Notes: generated by a model from the letters alone, not told the origin. A stretch of 64,000 bases of DNA from Candidatus Poriferisocius sp. (GCF_965214065.1 NZ_CBDCAT010000027.1:311968-375967); one strand, 5' to 3'; counted from the stretch's first letter, positions 18,017-26,990 are shown. Translations and numbers: made by a program.

Positions 18017-18774
18017 TGCGGTGCTCCCAGATAGGCCTCCACCACCGCCGGGTCGTTTTGCACTTCGGCGGGGGAGCCCTCGGCGATCTTGGCCCCGAAG
18101 TCCAGCACCACCACCTTGTTCGAAATCCCCATCACCATCCCCATGTGGTGCTCCACCAGCAGCAGCGTCAGCGAATGCTGCTCGGCCAGCGCCACCAAGA
18201 GCTCGCCCAGCTCGCCCACCTCGGTCTGGGTCAGCCCGGTGGCCGGCTCGTCCAGCAGCAACAGCCGGGGCCGGCCCACCAGCGCCCGGGCCAGCTCCAC
18301 CCGCTTGAGCGTGCCGAACGGCAGCCCGGCGGCGGGGTGGAAGGCCACATCGGTCAGCGACAGCTCATCCAGCGCATCCCAAGCAGTGCGGGCCAGCTCG
18401 GCCTCCTCCCGGCGCGTCCCCCAGCGCACCGCCGCCCGCAACGCGCCGATCCGAGAGCGGTGGTGGGCGCCCACCATCACGTTCTGAAGCACCGTCATGC
18501 CCGGCCACAGGGCCAGGTTCTGGAACGTGCGCCCGATGCCCAGCCCGCTGATGGCATGGGCCGGGCGGCCCAACAGGTCGGCCCCGTCGAAGCCAACCGC
18601 CCCCTCCTGGGCGTCGTACACCCGGCTGACCACGTTGAACAGGGTGGTCTTGCCTGCCCCGTTGGGCCCGATCAGCCCGCAGATGCTGCCCTCGTCCACG
18701 GTGAACGACAGGTCGGCCAAGGCGGTAACCCCCCCGAACCGCACCGTGACCCCCGCCACTTCCAACAAGGCCAT
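18013..18774 (-). CDS. ABC transporter ATP-binding protein (LivG-like)
   Basis: VRFGGVTALADLSF..GLIGPNGAGKTTLFN and LLLLDEPATGL. 4-nt overlap with the downstream ATPase. Confidence 0.92.
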   Translation of the reverse strand: MALLEVAGVTVRFGGVTALADLSFTVDEGSICGLIGPNGAGKTTLFNVVSRVYDAQEGAVGFDGADLLGRPAHAISGLGIGRTFQNLALWPGMTVLQNVMVGAHHRSRIGALRAAVRWGTRREEAELARTAWDALDELSLTDVAFHPAAGLPFGTLKRVELARALVGRPRLLLLDEPATGLTQTEVGELGELLVALAEQHSLTLLLVEHHMGMVMGISNKVVVLDFGAKIAEGSPAEVQNDPAVVEAYLGAPQ

Positions 18775-18819
18775 AACCCCCCCGACCCTACCCCGCCCGC
18801 CTGACGGGGCCGGGCAGGC

Positions 18820-19059
18820 TCACCCCCCGATGAGGCTGGCGATGGCCCAGATCACGATCACCGTGCCCACCACGATCATCACCACGCTGCGCCCCACCTT
18901 CGGCTTGGCCGGCTCGTCGGGAGCGCCCGGCGGGGGAGGTATGCCCTGTCGGCGCTGGCGAGGCCCATCAGGGTTGATCAACGCGGCAATATTCCCCACC
19001 GCCAGCGCCCCCCCCAGCGCCAACAGCAAGAAGGTGATGATCTCCGGCCCGCCCAGCAC
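18820..19059 (-). CDS. small two-TM protein with Pro/Arg-rich loop (hypothetical)
   Basis: 79 aa, GTG start. Two hydrophobic helices flank NPDGPRQRRQGIPPPPGAPDEPAKPK. No family recognised. Confidence 0.45.
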   Translation of the reverse strand: MLGGPEIITFLLLALGGALAVGNIAALINPDGPRQRRQGIPPPPGAPDEPAKPKVGRSVVMIVVGTVIVIWAIASLIGG

Positions 19060-19075
19060 CTACTCAGTCTCGCGC

Positions 19076-19621
19076 CTATGGACGACTATGCACCGACACC
19101 GCATAGTCGCCGCCGTCCCACGCCCCCCGCTCCCAAGTCGAATACCGCTCCGACAGGGCCAATCCGGCCGCCGCGCAGTCGGCGTCGTATTGCGACAGTG
19201 AGTAGCCCCCGCCCCGCAACTGAAACCCGGCCACCAGGGCGCCGCCGGGGGAGAGGTGGGCCGCACACCGGGCTACCACCGCGGCCTCGGTGCCCGGCGC
19301 AGTGAACAGCAGCACGTTGCCCGCCATCACCACCGCGTCAAACGTCTCCCCCAAGTCGAAAACCATCAAGTCCATCTGGTGCCACCCCAACTTCGGCGCC
19401 TTGGCCCGAGCCCCCGAGATCATCTCCGAGTCGATGTCCACCCCGGCCACCGCAAACCCCCGCCGAGCCAGATCAATGGCCACCCGCCCCGTCCCACACC
19501 CCGCATCCAGCACCCGCCCGTCCCCGCCCAAAAGCGCGTCCACAAAGTCGGCCTCCCCATGCGGATTGTGCCCCTCAGCAGCCAGCCGCTCCCACCGAGC
19601 GTCATAATCCCGCCCCGACAT
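19076..19621 (-). CDS. class I SAM-dependent methyltransferase
   Basis: The VLDAGCGTGRVAIDLARRGFAVAGVDIDSEMI motif I / post-I pattern. I chose the ATG at 19621 (MSGRDYDARWERL). Confidence 0.85.
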   Translation of the reverse strand: MSGRDYDARWERLAAEGHNPHGEADFVDALLGGDGRVLDAGCGTGRVAIDLARRGFAVAGVDIDSEMISGARAKAPKLGWHQMDLMVFDLGETFDAVVMAGNVLLFTAPGTEAAVVARCAAHLSPGGALVAGFQLRGGGYSLSQYDADCAAAGLALSERYSTWERGAWDGGDYAVSVHSRP

Positions 19622-19628
19622 CCGCCCA

Positions 19629-19662
19629 CCCCAACTAGATCCCACCCTCGGAGTGTGTCACA
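19629..19662. repeat. left copy of the 34-nt direct repeat bracketing the hicBA cassette
   Basis: ccccaactagatcccaccctcggagtgtgtcaca is 31/34 identical to 20287-20320, with the last 22 nt identical (manual alignment). Confidence 0.85.
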
Positions 19663-19700
19663 GGCGGATTGTTTTGGCCCCACACCAGGATCCGGCAGAT

Positions 19701-19931
19701 TCAGTTCGAGGCCTTTTGCCATTCCTCTTTGGTGATGCTTGCTTGCTTGAGGATTTGGTTGACCAGGCCGGGGCCGATGTCTCCTCGGTGTCCAGGATTC
19801 GGAATTGGAACTTTATGCTTCCCCTTCCGCATCACCTCGTGACGCTTGCCAGCAATTGGCCCCTCCCAGCCCAACTTCCATAGGCGCTTGATCAGGGCTC
19901 TCCTACTGACCGGGTCCAGCCTGCCGGTCAT
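19701..19931 (-). CDS. hicA: HicA-family mRNA interferase toxin
   Basis: The 76 aa MTGRLDPVSRRALIKRLWKLGWEGPIAGKRHEVMRKGKHKVPIPNPGHRGDIGPGLVNQILKQASITKEEW fit the HicA pattern G..H......(v)PiP.H..di..g.l..ILkqa. The ATG at 19931 overlaps the hicB stop (ATGA). Confidence 0.8.
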   Translation of the reverse strand: MTGRLDPVSRRALIKRLWKLGWEGPIAGKRHEVMRKGKHKVPIPNPGHRGDIGPGLVNQILKQASITKEEWQKASN

Positions 19932-20239
19932 AGGGGTGGGGAGGGGTGAATGCCTTTCATTGGGGGGATGTCGTCGTCGCCATCGGCGAGTTTGATGGCA
20001 GCCCAGTCGCGCAAGACTGATTCCAACTCCTTGAGAGCCGCTTCCTTGGATTCCCCGAATGCCCAAGGACCTGCCAAACCAGAAATTGTGGCCACGAAAC
20101 CGTCCGGGTCTTGGATCCATTCGACTGTGGCGCATGAGACAGCCGCCTGTGCCCACGGGCACACCAGCTCCTGGAGAACGTCTCCTTCAGCGGCAATTGA
20201 TCCGAGATCGGTCTGGCTCAAAGCAACCTCCGCCACCAA
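19928..20239 (-). CDS. hicB: HicB-family antitoxin (N-terminal HicB/UPF0150 fold only)
   Basis: DPDGFVATISGLAGPWAFGESKEAALKELESVLRDWAAIKLADGDDDIPP matches the HicB core (..G.w.a.vp.lpG....Getleea...l.e.l..w......g..iP). There is no ATG. The start is TTG at 20239 or GTG at 20236, and the true start is uncertain. Confidence 0.7.
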   Translation of the reverse strand: MVAEVALSQTDLGSIAAEGDVLQELVCPWAQAAVSCATVEWIQDPDGFVATISGLAGPWAFGESKEAALKELESVLRDWAAIKLADGDDDIPPMKGIHPSPPL

Positions 20240-20286
20240 CTATACGCATTGATATGCAACATCAGGTAAGGAAATCCATGTTTTCT

Positions 20287-20320
20287 CCCCAACCAGCACC
20301 CACCCTCGGAGTGTGTCACA
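20287..20320. repeat. right copy of the 34-nt direct repeat bracketing the hicBA cassette
   Basis: ccccaaccagcacccaccctcggagtgtgtcaca. See the left copy. Confidence 0.85.
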
Positions 20321-20335
20321 CCCGCCCGGTACTCT

Positions 20336-23300
20336 TTGGCGGTGGCTTCCCCGATCCACGCTGAGAAAGGCGTGCTGGCTGATGTCGGCTATGAGTTCCA
20401 TCCGGCGGTGGCGGCTTGGTTTGAGGGGCGGTTTCCGGGGGGGCCTACCGAGGCGCAGGCTCAGGGGTGGCCGGCCATAGCGTCGGGCAAAGACACGCTG
20501 ATCGCCGCGCCCACCGGGTCGGGAAAGACCCTGGCCGGGTTCCTCATCGCCATTGACAACCTCTACAGGCGCCACACCGCCGGCCAAATGGTGGCCAAGG
20601 CCAGCCAGGTGGTGTACGTGTCGCCGCTGAAAGCCTTGGCCACCGACATCGCCGAGAACCTGGAACGCCCCCTAGCTGAGATCGCCGAAATTGCCCGACA
20701 ACAGGGCCAAGAGCCCCCGCCGCTCACGGTGGCGGTGCGCACCGGCGACACCCCGGCCCACACCCGGGCCGCCATGATCAAAAGGCCGGCCAACTTCGTG
20801 GTCACCACCCCCGAGTCGCTCTATTTGCTGGTGACCGCGGCCAAAAGCCGCGAGGTGCTGCGCACCGTGGAGACGGTGATAGTCGACGAGATCCACGCCA
20901 CCGCCCGCGACAAGCGGGGCAGCCACCTGTCCCTCACCCTCGAGCGCCTCGAGCACGTGGCCGACACCCGCCCCACCCGCATCGGCCTGTCGGCCACCCA
21001 GCATCCCATCTCCACCATCGCCAACCTTCTGACCGGTATCCCCAAATCCCGGACCCAAGACGCCAACGGCGCCAAAACTCCAGCCGAATCCGAACCCCAC
21101 TGCACCATCGTCGACACCGGCCACCAGCGAAACCTCGACATCCGCCTAGAGCTGATCGACGACGAGCTCGAAGCGGTGGCCTCCCACGCCCAGATGGACC
21201 AGATCCTCGACCGCATGGCCGCCCTCATCGCCGAGCACCACACCACCATCGTGTTCGTCAACACCCGCCGCCTGTCTGAGCGCATCGCCCACCAGCTGGC
21301 CGAGCGCCTGGGCGAAGATGCGGTGGCCGCCCACCACGGATCGCTCTCAACCGAGCGCCGCTACCGCACCGAGCATCGCCTGAGGGCCGGGGAGCTAAAG
21401 GCCCTGGTGGCAACGGCATCGCTGGAGCTGGGCATCGACATCGGCCCGGTAGAGCTGGTGTGCCAGGTGGGCTCGCCCCGCAGCATCGCCACCTTCCTCC
21501 AGCGGGTGGGCCGCTCCAACCACAGCCGCCACGGCACGCCCAAGGGCCGCCTGTGGCCCCTCACCCGAGACGAGCTCATCGAGTCCCTCGCCCTCATTCA
21601 CGCCGTTCACCAGGGCCAACTCGACGCCATCTGCCCCCCCGAGGCCCCCCTCGACATCTTGATCCAGCAGCTCATCGCCGAGGCTGCCGCCGCCGACGCC
21701 CACACCGTGGACGGCCTCTATGACATGTTCACCAAGGCCGCCCCCTATGCCAGCCTCACCAAAGCCCAGTTCCAAGAGGCCATCGAACAGGCCGCCACCG
21801 GTGTGGTCACCGGTCGGGGCCCCCGGGGCGCCTACCTCCACTACGACTCCATCAACCAAGAGGTGCGGGGCAAACGGGGCGCCCGCCTCGCCGCCTTAAC
21901 CTCCGGCGGCGCCATCGGCGAGAACGGCGACTACCGGGTGGTGGCCGAGCCCGACGACACCTTCATCGGCACCGTCAACGAAGACTGGGCCGTAGAGTCG
22001 ATGGCCGGCGACATCTTCCTGCTCGGCTCCCACTCGTGGCGCATCAAGCAGGTGGCCGCTGGCACCGTGCGGGTGGCCGACGCCGGCGACGCCCCGCCCA
22101 CCGTCCCGTTCTGGCTCGGCGAGGCCCCCGCCCGCACCCCCGAGCTGTCGCAGCAGGTGTCCGAATTGCGCGCGTATATATGCGGGCTATTTCCCGACAC
22201 CCCCGAAGCCGACCCCCTGAGCGACACAGCCCTGGCCCGCGCCTCCGAGCAATTCGCCCAATCCAACGGCGTCGAAGCCGAGATCGCCGAGCAGGCCGTC
22301 ACCTACGTCGCCGCGGCCAAGGCCACCCTCGGCACCGTCCCCACCCACACCAACATCGTGTTCGAGCGCTTCTTCGACGACACTGGCGGCCAGCAGCTCG
22401 TGGTCCACTGCCCCTACGGCGGCCGCATCAATAGAGCCTTCGGCCTGGCCCTGCGCAAGCGCCTGTGCCGCCGCTTCGACTTCGAGCTCCAGGCCGCGGC
22501 CAACGACAACGCCATCATCTTGTCGCTCGGTCCCCACCACAGCTTCCCCCTCAGCGACGTCCCCCAATTCCTGCACCCCGACTCAGTTGAGGAGGTGCTG
22601 ACCCAGGCCGTGCTGGATTCGCCCATGTTCACCGCCCGCTGGCGCTGGAACCTCAACCGAGCCCTGGTGGTGCTGCGTAGCCGGGGCGGAAAGCGCAACC
22701 CTCCCCCCATCCAGCGCATGGAGGCCGACGACATCATGGCCGCCGTGTTCCCCGGCGCGGCAGCCTGCCAAGAGAACATCGCCGGCCCCATCGAGATTCC
22801 CGATCACCTACTGGTGCGCCAAACCCTCCACGACACCCTCCACGAAGCCCTCGATGTGGAAGGCCTCAAACAACTACTCACCGACATCCGCTCCGGCCAA
22901 GTGAGCACCCGCTTCTGCGACACCACCGAGCCCTCCCCCCTAAGCCACGAGATAGTCAACGCCCGCCCCTACGCCTTCTTAGACGACGCCGAAATAGTCG
23001 ACCGCCGCACCAACGCCGTAACCGTCCCCAGAGGCCTCCGCCCAAGAAGCGCCAACCAACAACAACCCCCCACCCTCGACCAATCAACCCTCTCCCAAAT
23101 CACCCCTGACGCCATCGCCCAAGTAATCGAAGAAATCACCCCCGCCCCCCGAACCCCCGACGAACTCCACGACCTCCTAACCGCCCTGGTAATCACCCGC
23201 CCCACCCCCGCCTGGATTGACCTATACAACGAACTCCAATCCCGCGGCCGAGCCCAAACCATCAAGACCCAACCCAACACCCCCCTCTGGACCACCACAG

Positions 23301-24973
23301 AACTCTCCGAAACCGCCCTAAACCCCGAAATGGCCATAGAAAGGATCCGAGGTCACCTAGAAATAACCGGCCCCACCACCCCCAAAGAACTGTCAGAAAA
23401 GACAGGATTAGACCTCCTCACCGTCCAACAAGCATTGGCCGCCCTCGAATCCGAAGGCGTCGCCATGCGCGCCGACCACCTACCCGTCCTGGCAAGTCCA
23501 GACTCATCAGCACCTCCCGTTGTCGCTGGCCAAGGACGAGAGTCACGCTCCGCACCGGTGAGCGCCCAACAACCCCCCAACCAACAAGAAAAGGGGGGTG
23601 CCTCAGACATAGGCGTGGCGGATCTCCCGGCGAGCGCTGGTCCGGGAGGCGAGGTTGGGGGTGGCCCGACTCAGGGTGCCCGCCGCCCGGAGTTCATCGA
23701 GGACGGCGGGCTGGGCCGGGACAGGACCCGCAACCTCGCCGGACAAGCGCCCAACAACGTCCAGCAAAAGATCCGCCACGCCGGGGGATCGCGCGAAACA
23801 TGGTGCTCAAGACGCCTGCTCCAACGCATGTCCTACCTGTCCCGAAGACAAAAGCGTCAGTCAGTCCAGCCCGCCAGCCCCCAAGACTTCATGCGCTTCC
23901 TCCTCGACCACCACCACCTAACCCCAGAGACAACAGTCCGCGGCCGCCCCGGCCTAACCAAAGTCTTAGAGCAGCTCCAAGGCCTAGACCTCCCCGCCGG
24001 CGCCTGGGAAAACCAAATCATCAAGAAACGCCTCCCCGACTACGACCCCCTATGGCTCGACGAGCTCTGCTACCGCGGCGAGCTCGCCTGGCTCCGCCTC
24101 ACACCCCCCAACACCCCCGCCAAAGCCAACTCCATGGCCCCGAGAAAAGCCACCCCCATCACCCTCGTCTTCCGCGAAGACCTCCAATGGCTCCTAGCCA
24201 CCGCCCGCTCCGGCCAACTAGAGCCCCCCGACGCCGGCCCCGTCCAAGAGATCGCCGAGCTCCTAGAGTCCCAAGGCGCCAGCTTCATGCCCGACCTGGC
24301 CCAAGCCACCAACCGCCTGCCCGACGACATCGAAAGAGCCCTGTGGAACGGCGTCGCCCTCGGCCTGTTCACCGCCGACGGCTTCGCCGCCGTGCGAGCC
24401 CTGCTCAACCGCACCAGCCGCCGTCCCACCCGCCACCGCCCCGACTCAAACCTCCGCTCCCAAGCCCTCAGAACACGGGCCATGCGAGCCAATCGTGCCT
24501 TAATAATGCGCTCTACCCCTCAAGCCCACGCCGCCCCCGGTCGCTGGGCCCTCGTTCCCCACCCCGAGCAGTACCCCACCGAGGATCTCGCCGAAGCCGT
24601 CGCCCACCAACTCCTAGCCTGCTGGGGCGTCGTGTTCAGAGACCTCGCCCACCACCCCGCCAGCCCCACAGCTACACCCTGGCGAGACATCCTCAAGGCC
24701 CTCCGCCGCTTCGAAGACCGCGGCCTGGTGCGAGGCGGCCGCTTCGTCACCGGAGCCAGCGGCGAGCAGTTCGCCCTCCCTGCCGCCGCCGACCAGATCC
24801 AAAAGACCCGTCGCCGCCCCCGCACCAGCCAACAGGTAACCATCGCCGCCTGCGATCCCCTCAACCTCACTGGCATCCTCTTCGAAGGCTCCCGAACCCC
24901 CGCCACCCCCAACAACACCCTCACCTACATCGACGGCCTGCCCAACCTTCCCGTGGGTCAACAATCAGTCTGA
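20336..24973 (+). CDS. lhr: Lhr-family large ATP-dependent DEAD/DEAH helicase
   Basis: 1545 aa. N-terminus FHPAVAAWFEGRF..PTEAQAQGWPAIASGKDTLIAAPTGSGKTLAGFL, DEIH box, the DEAD_assoc-like block FTARWRWNLNRALVVLR..PPPIQRMEADD, and a long C-terminal domain. The length is typical of Lhr. The start (TTG at 20336, or GTG at 20342 or 20372) is uncertain. Confidence 0.92.
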   Translation: MAVASPIHAEKGVLADVGYEFHPAVAAWFEGRFPGGPTEAQAQGWPAIASGKDTLIAAPTGSGKTLAGFLIAIDNLYRRHTAGQMVAKASQVVYVSPLKALATDIAENLERPLAEIAEIARQQGQEPPPLTVAVRTGDTPAHTRAAMIKRPANFVVTTPESLYLLVTAAKSREVLRTVETVIVDEIHATARDKRGSHLSLTLERLEHVADTRPTRIGLSATQHPISTIANLLTGIPKSRTQDANGAKTPAESEPHCTIVDTGHQRNLDIRLELIDDELEAVASHAQMDQILDRMAALIAEHHTTIVFVNTRRLSERIAHQLAERLGEDAVAAHHGSLSTERRYRTEHRLRAGELKALVATASLELGIDIGPVELVCQVGSPRSIATFLQRVGRSNHSRHGTPKGRLWPLTRDELIESLALIHAVHQGQLDAICPPEAPLDILIQQLIAEAAAADAHTVDGLYDMFTKAAPYASLTKAQFQEAIEQAATGVVTGRGPRGAYLHYDSINQEVRGKRGARLAALTSGGAIGENGDYRVVAEPDDTFIGTVNEDWAVESMAGDIFLLGSHSWRIKQVAAGTVRVADAGDAPPTVPFWLGEAPARTPELSQQVSELRAYICGLFPDTPEADPLSDTALARASEQFAQSNGVEAEIAEQAVTYVAAAKATLGTVPTHTNIVFERFFDDTGGQQLVVHCPYGGRINRAFGLALRKRLCRRFDFELQAAANDNAIILSLGPHHSFPLSDVPQFLHPDSVEEVLTQAVLDSPMFTARWRWNLNRALVVLRSRGGKRNPPPIQRMEADDIMAAVFPGAAACQENIAGPIEIPDHLLVRQTLHDTLHEALDVEGLKQLLTDIRSGQVSTRFCDTTEPSPLSHEIVNARPYAFLDDAEIVDRRTNAVTVPRGLRPRSANQQQPPTLDQSTLSQITPDAIAQVIEEITPAPRTPDELHDLLTALVITRPTPAWIDLYNELQSRGRAQTIKTQPNTPLWTTTELSETALNPEMAIERIRGHLEITGPTTPKELSEKTGLDLLTVQQALAALESEGVAMRADHLPVLASPDSSAPPVVAGQGRESRSAPVSAQQPPNQQEKGGASDIGVADLPASAGPGGEVGGGPTQGARRPEFIEDGGLGRDRTRNLAGQAPNNVQQKIRHAGGSRETWCSRRLLQRMSYLSRRQKRQSVQPASPQDFMRFLLDHHHLTPETTVRGRPGLTKVLEQLQGLDLPAGAWENQIIKKRLPDYDPLWLDELCYRGELAWLRLTPPNTPAKANSMAPRKATPITLVFREDLQWLLATARSGQLEPPDAGPVQEIAELLESQGASFMPDLAQATNRLPDDIERALWNGVALGLFTADGFAAVRALLNRTSRRPTRHRPDSNLRSQALRTRAMRANRALIMRSTPQAHAAPGRWALVPHPEQYPTEDLAEAVAHQLLACWGVVFRDLAHHPASPTATPWRDILKALRRFEDRGLVRGGRFVTGASGEQFALPAAADQIQKTRRRPRTSQQVTIAACDPLNLTGILFEGSRTPATPNNTLTYIDGLPNLPVGQQSV
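23612..23782. repeat. 171-bp nested imperfect palindrome, in frame inside lhr
   Basis: The outer 14-bp perfect inverted repeat is ggcgtggcggatct (23612-23625) with agatccgccacgcc (23769-23782). The middle arms are ggcgaggttgggggt (23648-23662) with acccgcaacctcgcc (23726-23740), one mismatch. The inner arms are gcccgccg (23678-23685) with cggcgggc (23704-23711). It starts on a codon boundary and spans exactly 57 codons. Confidence 0.8.
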
Positions 24974-24982
24974 TGACAGTGC

Positions 24983-24999
24983 GGACGGCGATGCCGTCC
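24983..24999. terminator. hairpin between the convergent lhr and dnaB genes
   Basis: ggacggc-gat-gccgtcc (7-bp stem) followed by ttct on the plus strand. It lies 9 nt after the lhr stop. Confidence 0.5.
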
Positions 25000-25001
25000 T
25001 T

Positions 25002-26384
25002 CTACGTTCCGCGGGCCATGTTGGCGAATCGGGTGTGGTGTTTGATGAAGGCCAGGCGGGCCTTGCCGGTAGGTCCGGTGCGGTGCTTGGCCACCATCAC
25101 TTCGGCGGTGCCGGCGTCTTGGGTTTCGGGGTTGTAGATCTCGTCCCGGTACAAGAACATGACGATGTCGGCGTCCTGCTCGATAGAGCCCGACTCCCGC
25201 AGATCGGCGAGGATAGGCCTTTTGTCCTGGCGCTGTTCAAGATTTCGAGACAGCTGGGACAGCGCCACCACGGGGCACTGCAGTTCACGGGCCAAGATCT
25301 TGAGCCCCCGGCTTATCTCGGAAACCTCTACTTGGCGGTTCTCGGCGGTGTGGCGACCGGTCATGAGCTGGAGGTAGTCGACGATGATCATGCCCAATTC
25401 GCCGGTTTGGCTGCGCAGCCGCCGGGATTTGCCTCTGATCTCCATGATGGTCACTGCGGGGTTGTCGTCTATCCAGATGGGCGCCTCGGCTAGGCGTCCC
25501 AGAGCGTTGCTGATGTCAGTCCAGTCCTGGTCGGTGAGCTTGCCAGTGCGCACCCGGGAGGCATCCACCCGGGCCTCGGCGCACAGGATCCGCTGGCTTA
25601 TCTCAAGCTGGCTCATCTCAAGCGAGAAGACCAGCACCGGCTTGTGGGCCCGGATGGCGGCGTGGGCGGCCATGCCCAGGGCGAAGCTGGTCTTTCCCAC
25701 CGAGGGTCGAGCACCGACCACCACGAGGGTGTTGGGCTGGAGTCCGCTGGTGATCTCGTCCAAGTCGTTGTAGCCGGTAGCCGTGCCGGTAATGACCTCG
25801 CCTTGCTCGTAGAGCTTCTCAATACGCTCCAAGTTGGCCGGCAACAGCTCGGCCAGGCTGGCTGTGGTATCTCCCATGCGGTCGGCGGCCAGCCGGTAGA
25901 CCATTGCCTCGGCGGAGTCCACCGTCTTGACCACATCGTCGGCACCCTCGTAGCCCAGATCGGCGATCTCCCCGCCGACTTCGATCAGCTTCCTCAGCGT
26001 GGCCGCCTCTTGCACGATGTTGGCGTACTTGGCCGCATTGGCCGACGCCGGTGTACCGGTCTGGAGTTTCACCAAAGCGGCGTTGCCCCCCACCTTTTCG
26101 GCCAAGCCCTGCCGATTCAGCTCGGCGGCCACCGTCACCGCATCGGCCGGCTCCCCTTTGGCGTACAGCGAGCACACCGCCTCGTATACATGAGCATGCG
26201 CTGGCCGATAGAAGTGCTCAGGGCGAATCAAATTCACCGCATCGGCGATGGCGTCGCGGCTCAACAGCATCGCGCCCAACAGCGCTTCTTCGGCGTCTAG
26301 GTCGTGGGGCGGAACCCGTCCCAAGCGCCCCGGTTGCGACAAGGAACTGCCGTTGTCGGGATAGTCGAATGGATCGCTCACCAC
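25002..26384 (-). CDS. dnaB: replicative DNA helicase DnaB (no intein)
   Basis: 460 aa. Contains PPHDLDAEEALLGAMLL, Walker A GARPSVGKTSFAL and LSQLSRNLEQRQDKRP. Colinear with DnaB. Confidence 0.97.
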   Translation of the reverse strand: MVSDPFDYPDNGSSLSQPGRLGRVPPHDLDAEEALLGAMLLSRDAIADAVNLIRPEHFYRPAHAHVYEAVCSLYAKGEPADAVTVAAELNRQGLAEKVGGNAALVKLQTGTPASANAAKYANIVQEAATLRKLIEVGGEIADLGYEGADDVVKTVDSAEAMVYRLAADRMGDTTASLAELLPANLERIEKLYEQGEVITGTATGYNDLDEITSGLQPNTLVVVGARPSVGKTSFALGMAAHAAIRAHKPVLVFSLEMSQLEISQRILCAEARVDASRVRTGKLTDQDWTDISNALGRLAEAPIWIDDNPAVTIMEIRGKSRRLRSQTGELGMIIVDYLQLMTGRHTAENRQVEVSEISRGLKILARELQCPVVALSQLSRNLEQRQDKRPILADLRESGSIEQDADIVMFLYRDEIYNPETQDAGTAEVMVAKHRTGPTGKARLAFIKHHTRFANMARGT

Positions 26385-26511
26385 TTGACCCCAAAGGATA
26401 TAAACGACCGGTGACAGGTTCGGGGGATCCCCTGGGCGCTCACAGTGGCTTACTGTGGCAAACGCGCGAGGTATAACGCTAGGGGAAGCCCCGTGGAAAA
26501 CGCGGTATAAC

Positions 26512-26541
26512 CTGGGGATTTGCCAAAGTTGGTTTCCCCAG
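26512..26541 (-). terminator. possible rplI terminator hairpin
   Basis: ctgggga (26512-26518) pairs with tccccag (26535-26541), immediately downstream of the rplI stop. The T-run on the minus strand is 12 nt away, so it is not canonical. Confidence 0.3.
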
Positions 26542-26543
26542 AT

Positions 26544-26990
26544 CTATTCGGCGGCAATCACCTCAACAGTGATGGGGAACTCCACCTCGGGATGGGGTTT
26601 GGCTGTCACCATGTGACTGCCCAGTTCTTTGATGCCGTCGGAGAACAAGGCCTTGCGTTCGAGCATGATATTGGCCTGCTCGGCCACGGCTCGCACGATG
26701 TCGGCGGTGGTTACCGATCCGAACAGCTTGCCCTCTTCTCCAGCTCGAGCCGCGATGTGAATGGGAGTTGACACCAGCCGGCTGGCCATTTCCTGGGCTT
26801 CGGCCAACTCCTTGGCATCCCGCAACTCACGCGAGCGGCGCATGCGCTCCGCCTGGCGCTCAGCCCCGGTCGAGGACTTGAACGCCTTGCCAGCAGGGAT
26901 CAAGAAGTTGCGGGCGTAGCCGTCGGCCACCTCCACCACGTCGCCCTTCTTCCCCAACTCGTCCACGTTGCCACGCAGTACGACCTTCAT
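26544..26990 (-). CDS. rplI: 50S ribosomal protein L9
   Basis: [36 protein letters not shown] is the canonical L9 N-terminus. 148 aa. Confidence 0.97.
   Translation of the reverse strand: MKVVLRGNVDELGKKGDVVEVADGYARNFLIPAGKAFKSSTGAERQAERMRRSRELRDAKELAEAQEMASRLVSTPIHIAARAGEEGKLFGSVTTADIVRAVAEQANIMLERKALFSDGIKELGSHMVTAKPHPEVEFPITVEVIAAE

Noticed and set aside
23573-23598. CCCCCC-N14-GGGGGG hairpin inside lhr, considered as an independent element.
   Set aside because: It is short and lies within the same low-complexity insert. I treat it as part of the lhr insertion finding rather than as a separate feature.
20336-24973. The large helicase next to a TA module, considered as part of a defence system (Hachiman- or DISARM-like).
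   Set aside because: Its domain order and length match the housekeeping repair helicase Lhr. No methylase, nuclease or partner genes of known helicase-based defence systems are adjacent. The neighbouring SAM methyltransferase is a small-molecule/class I type without DNA-MTase motifs that I could see.
25002-26384. Possible intein in dnaB, which is common in actinobacteria and cyanobacteria.
   Set aside because: The protein is 460 aa and continuous through the Walker A and helicase motifs, with no extra block.
26385-26543. The rplI-dnaB spacer with the repeated ggtataac(g)ct(a)gggg motif (about 26470 and 26504), considered as a possible small RNA or DnaA-box cluster.
   Set aside because: There are only two imperfect copies. 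There is no match to the DnaA box TTATCCACA and no convincing conserved structure. It is most simply the dnaB promoter or the rplI 3' region. I could not support a feature call.
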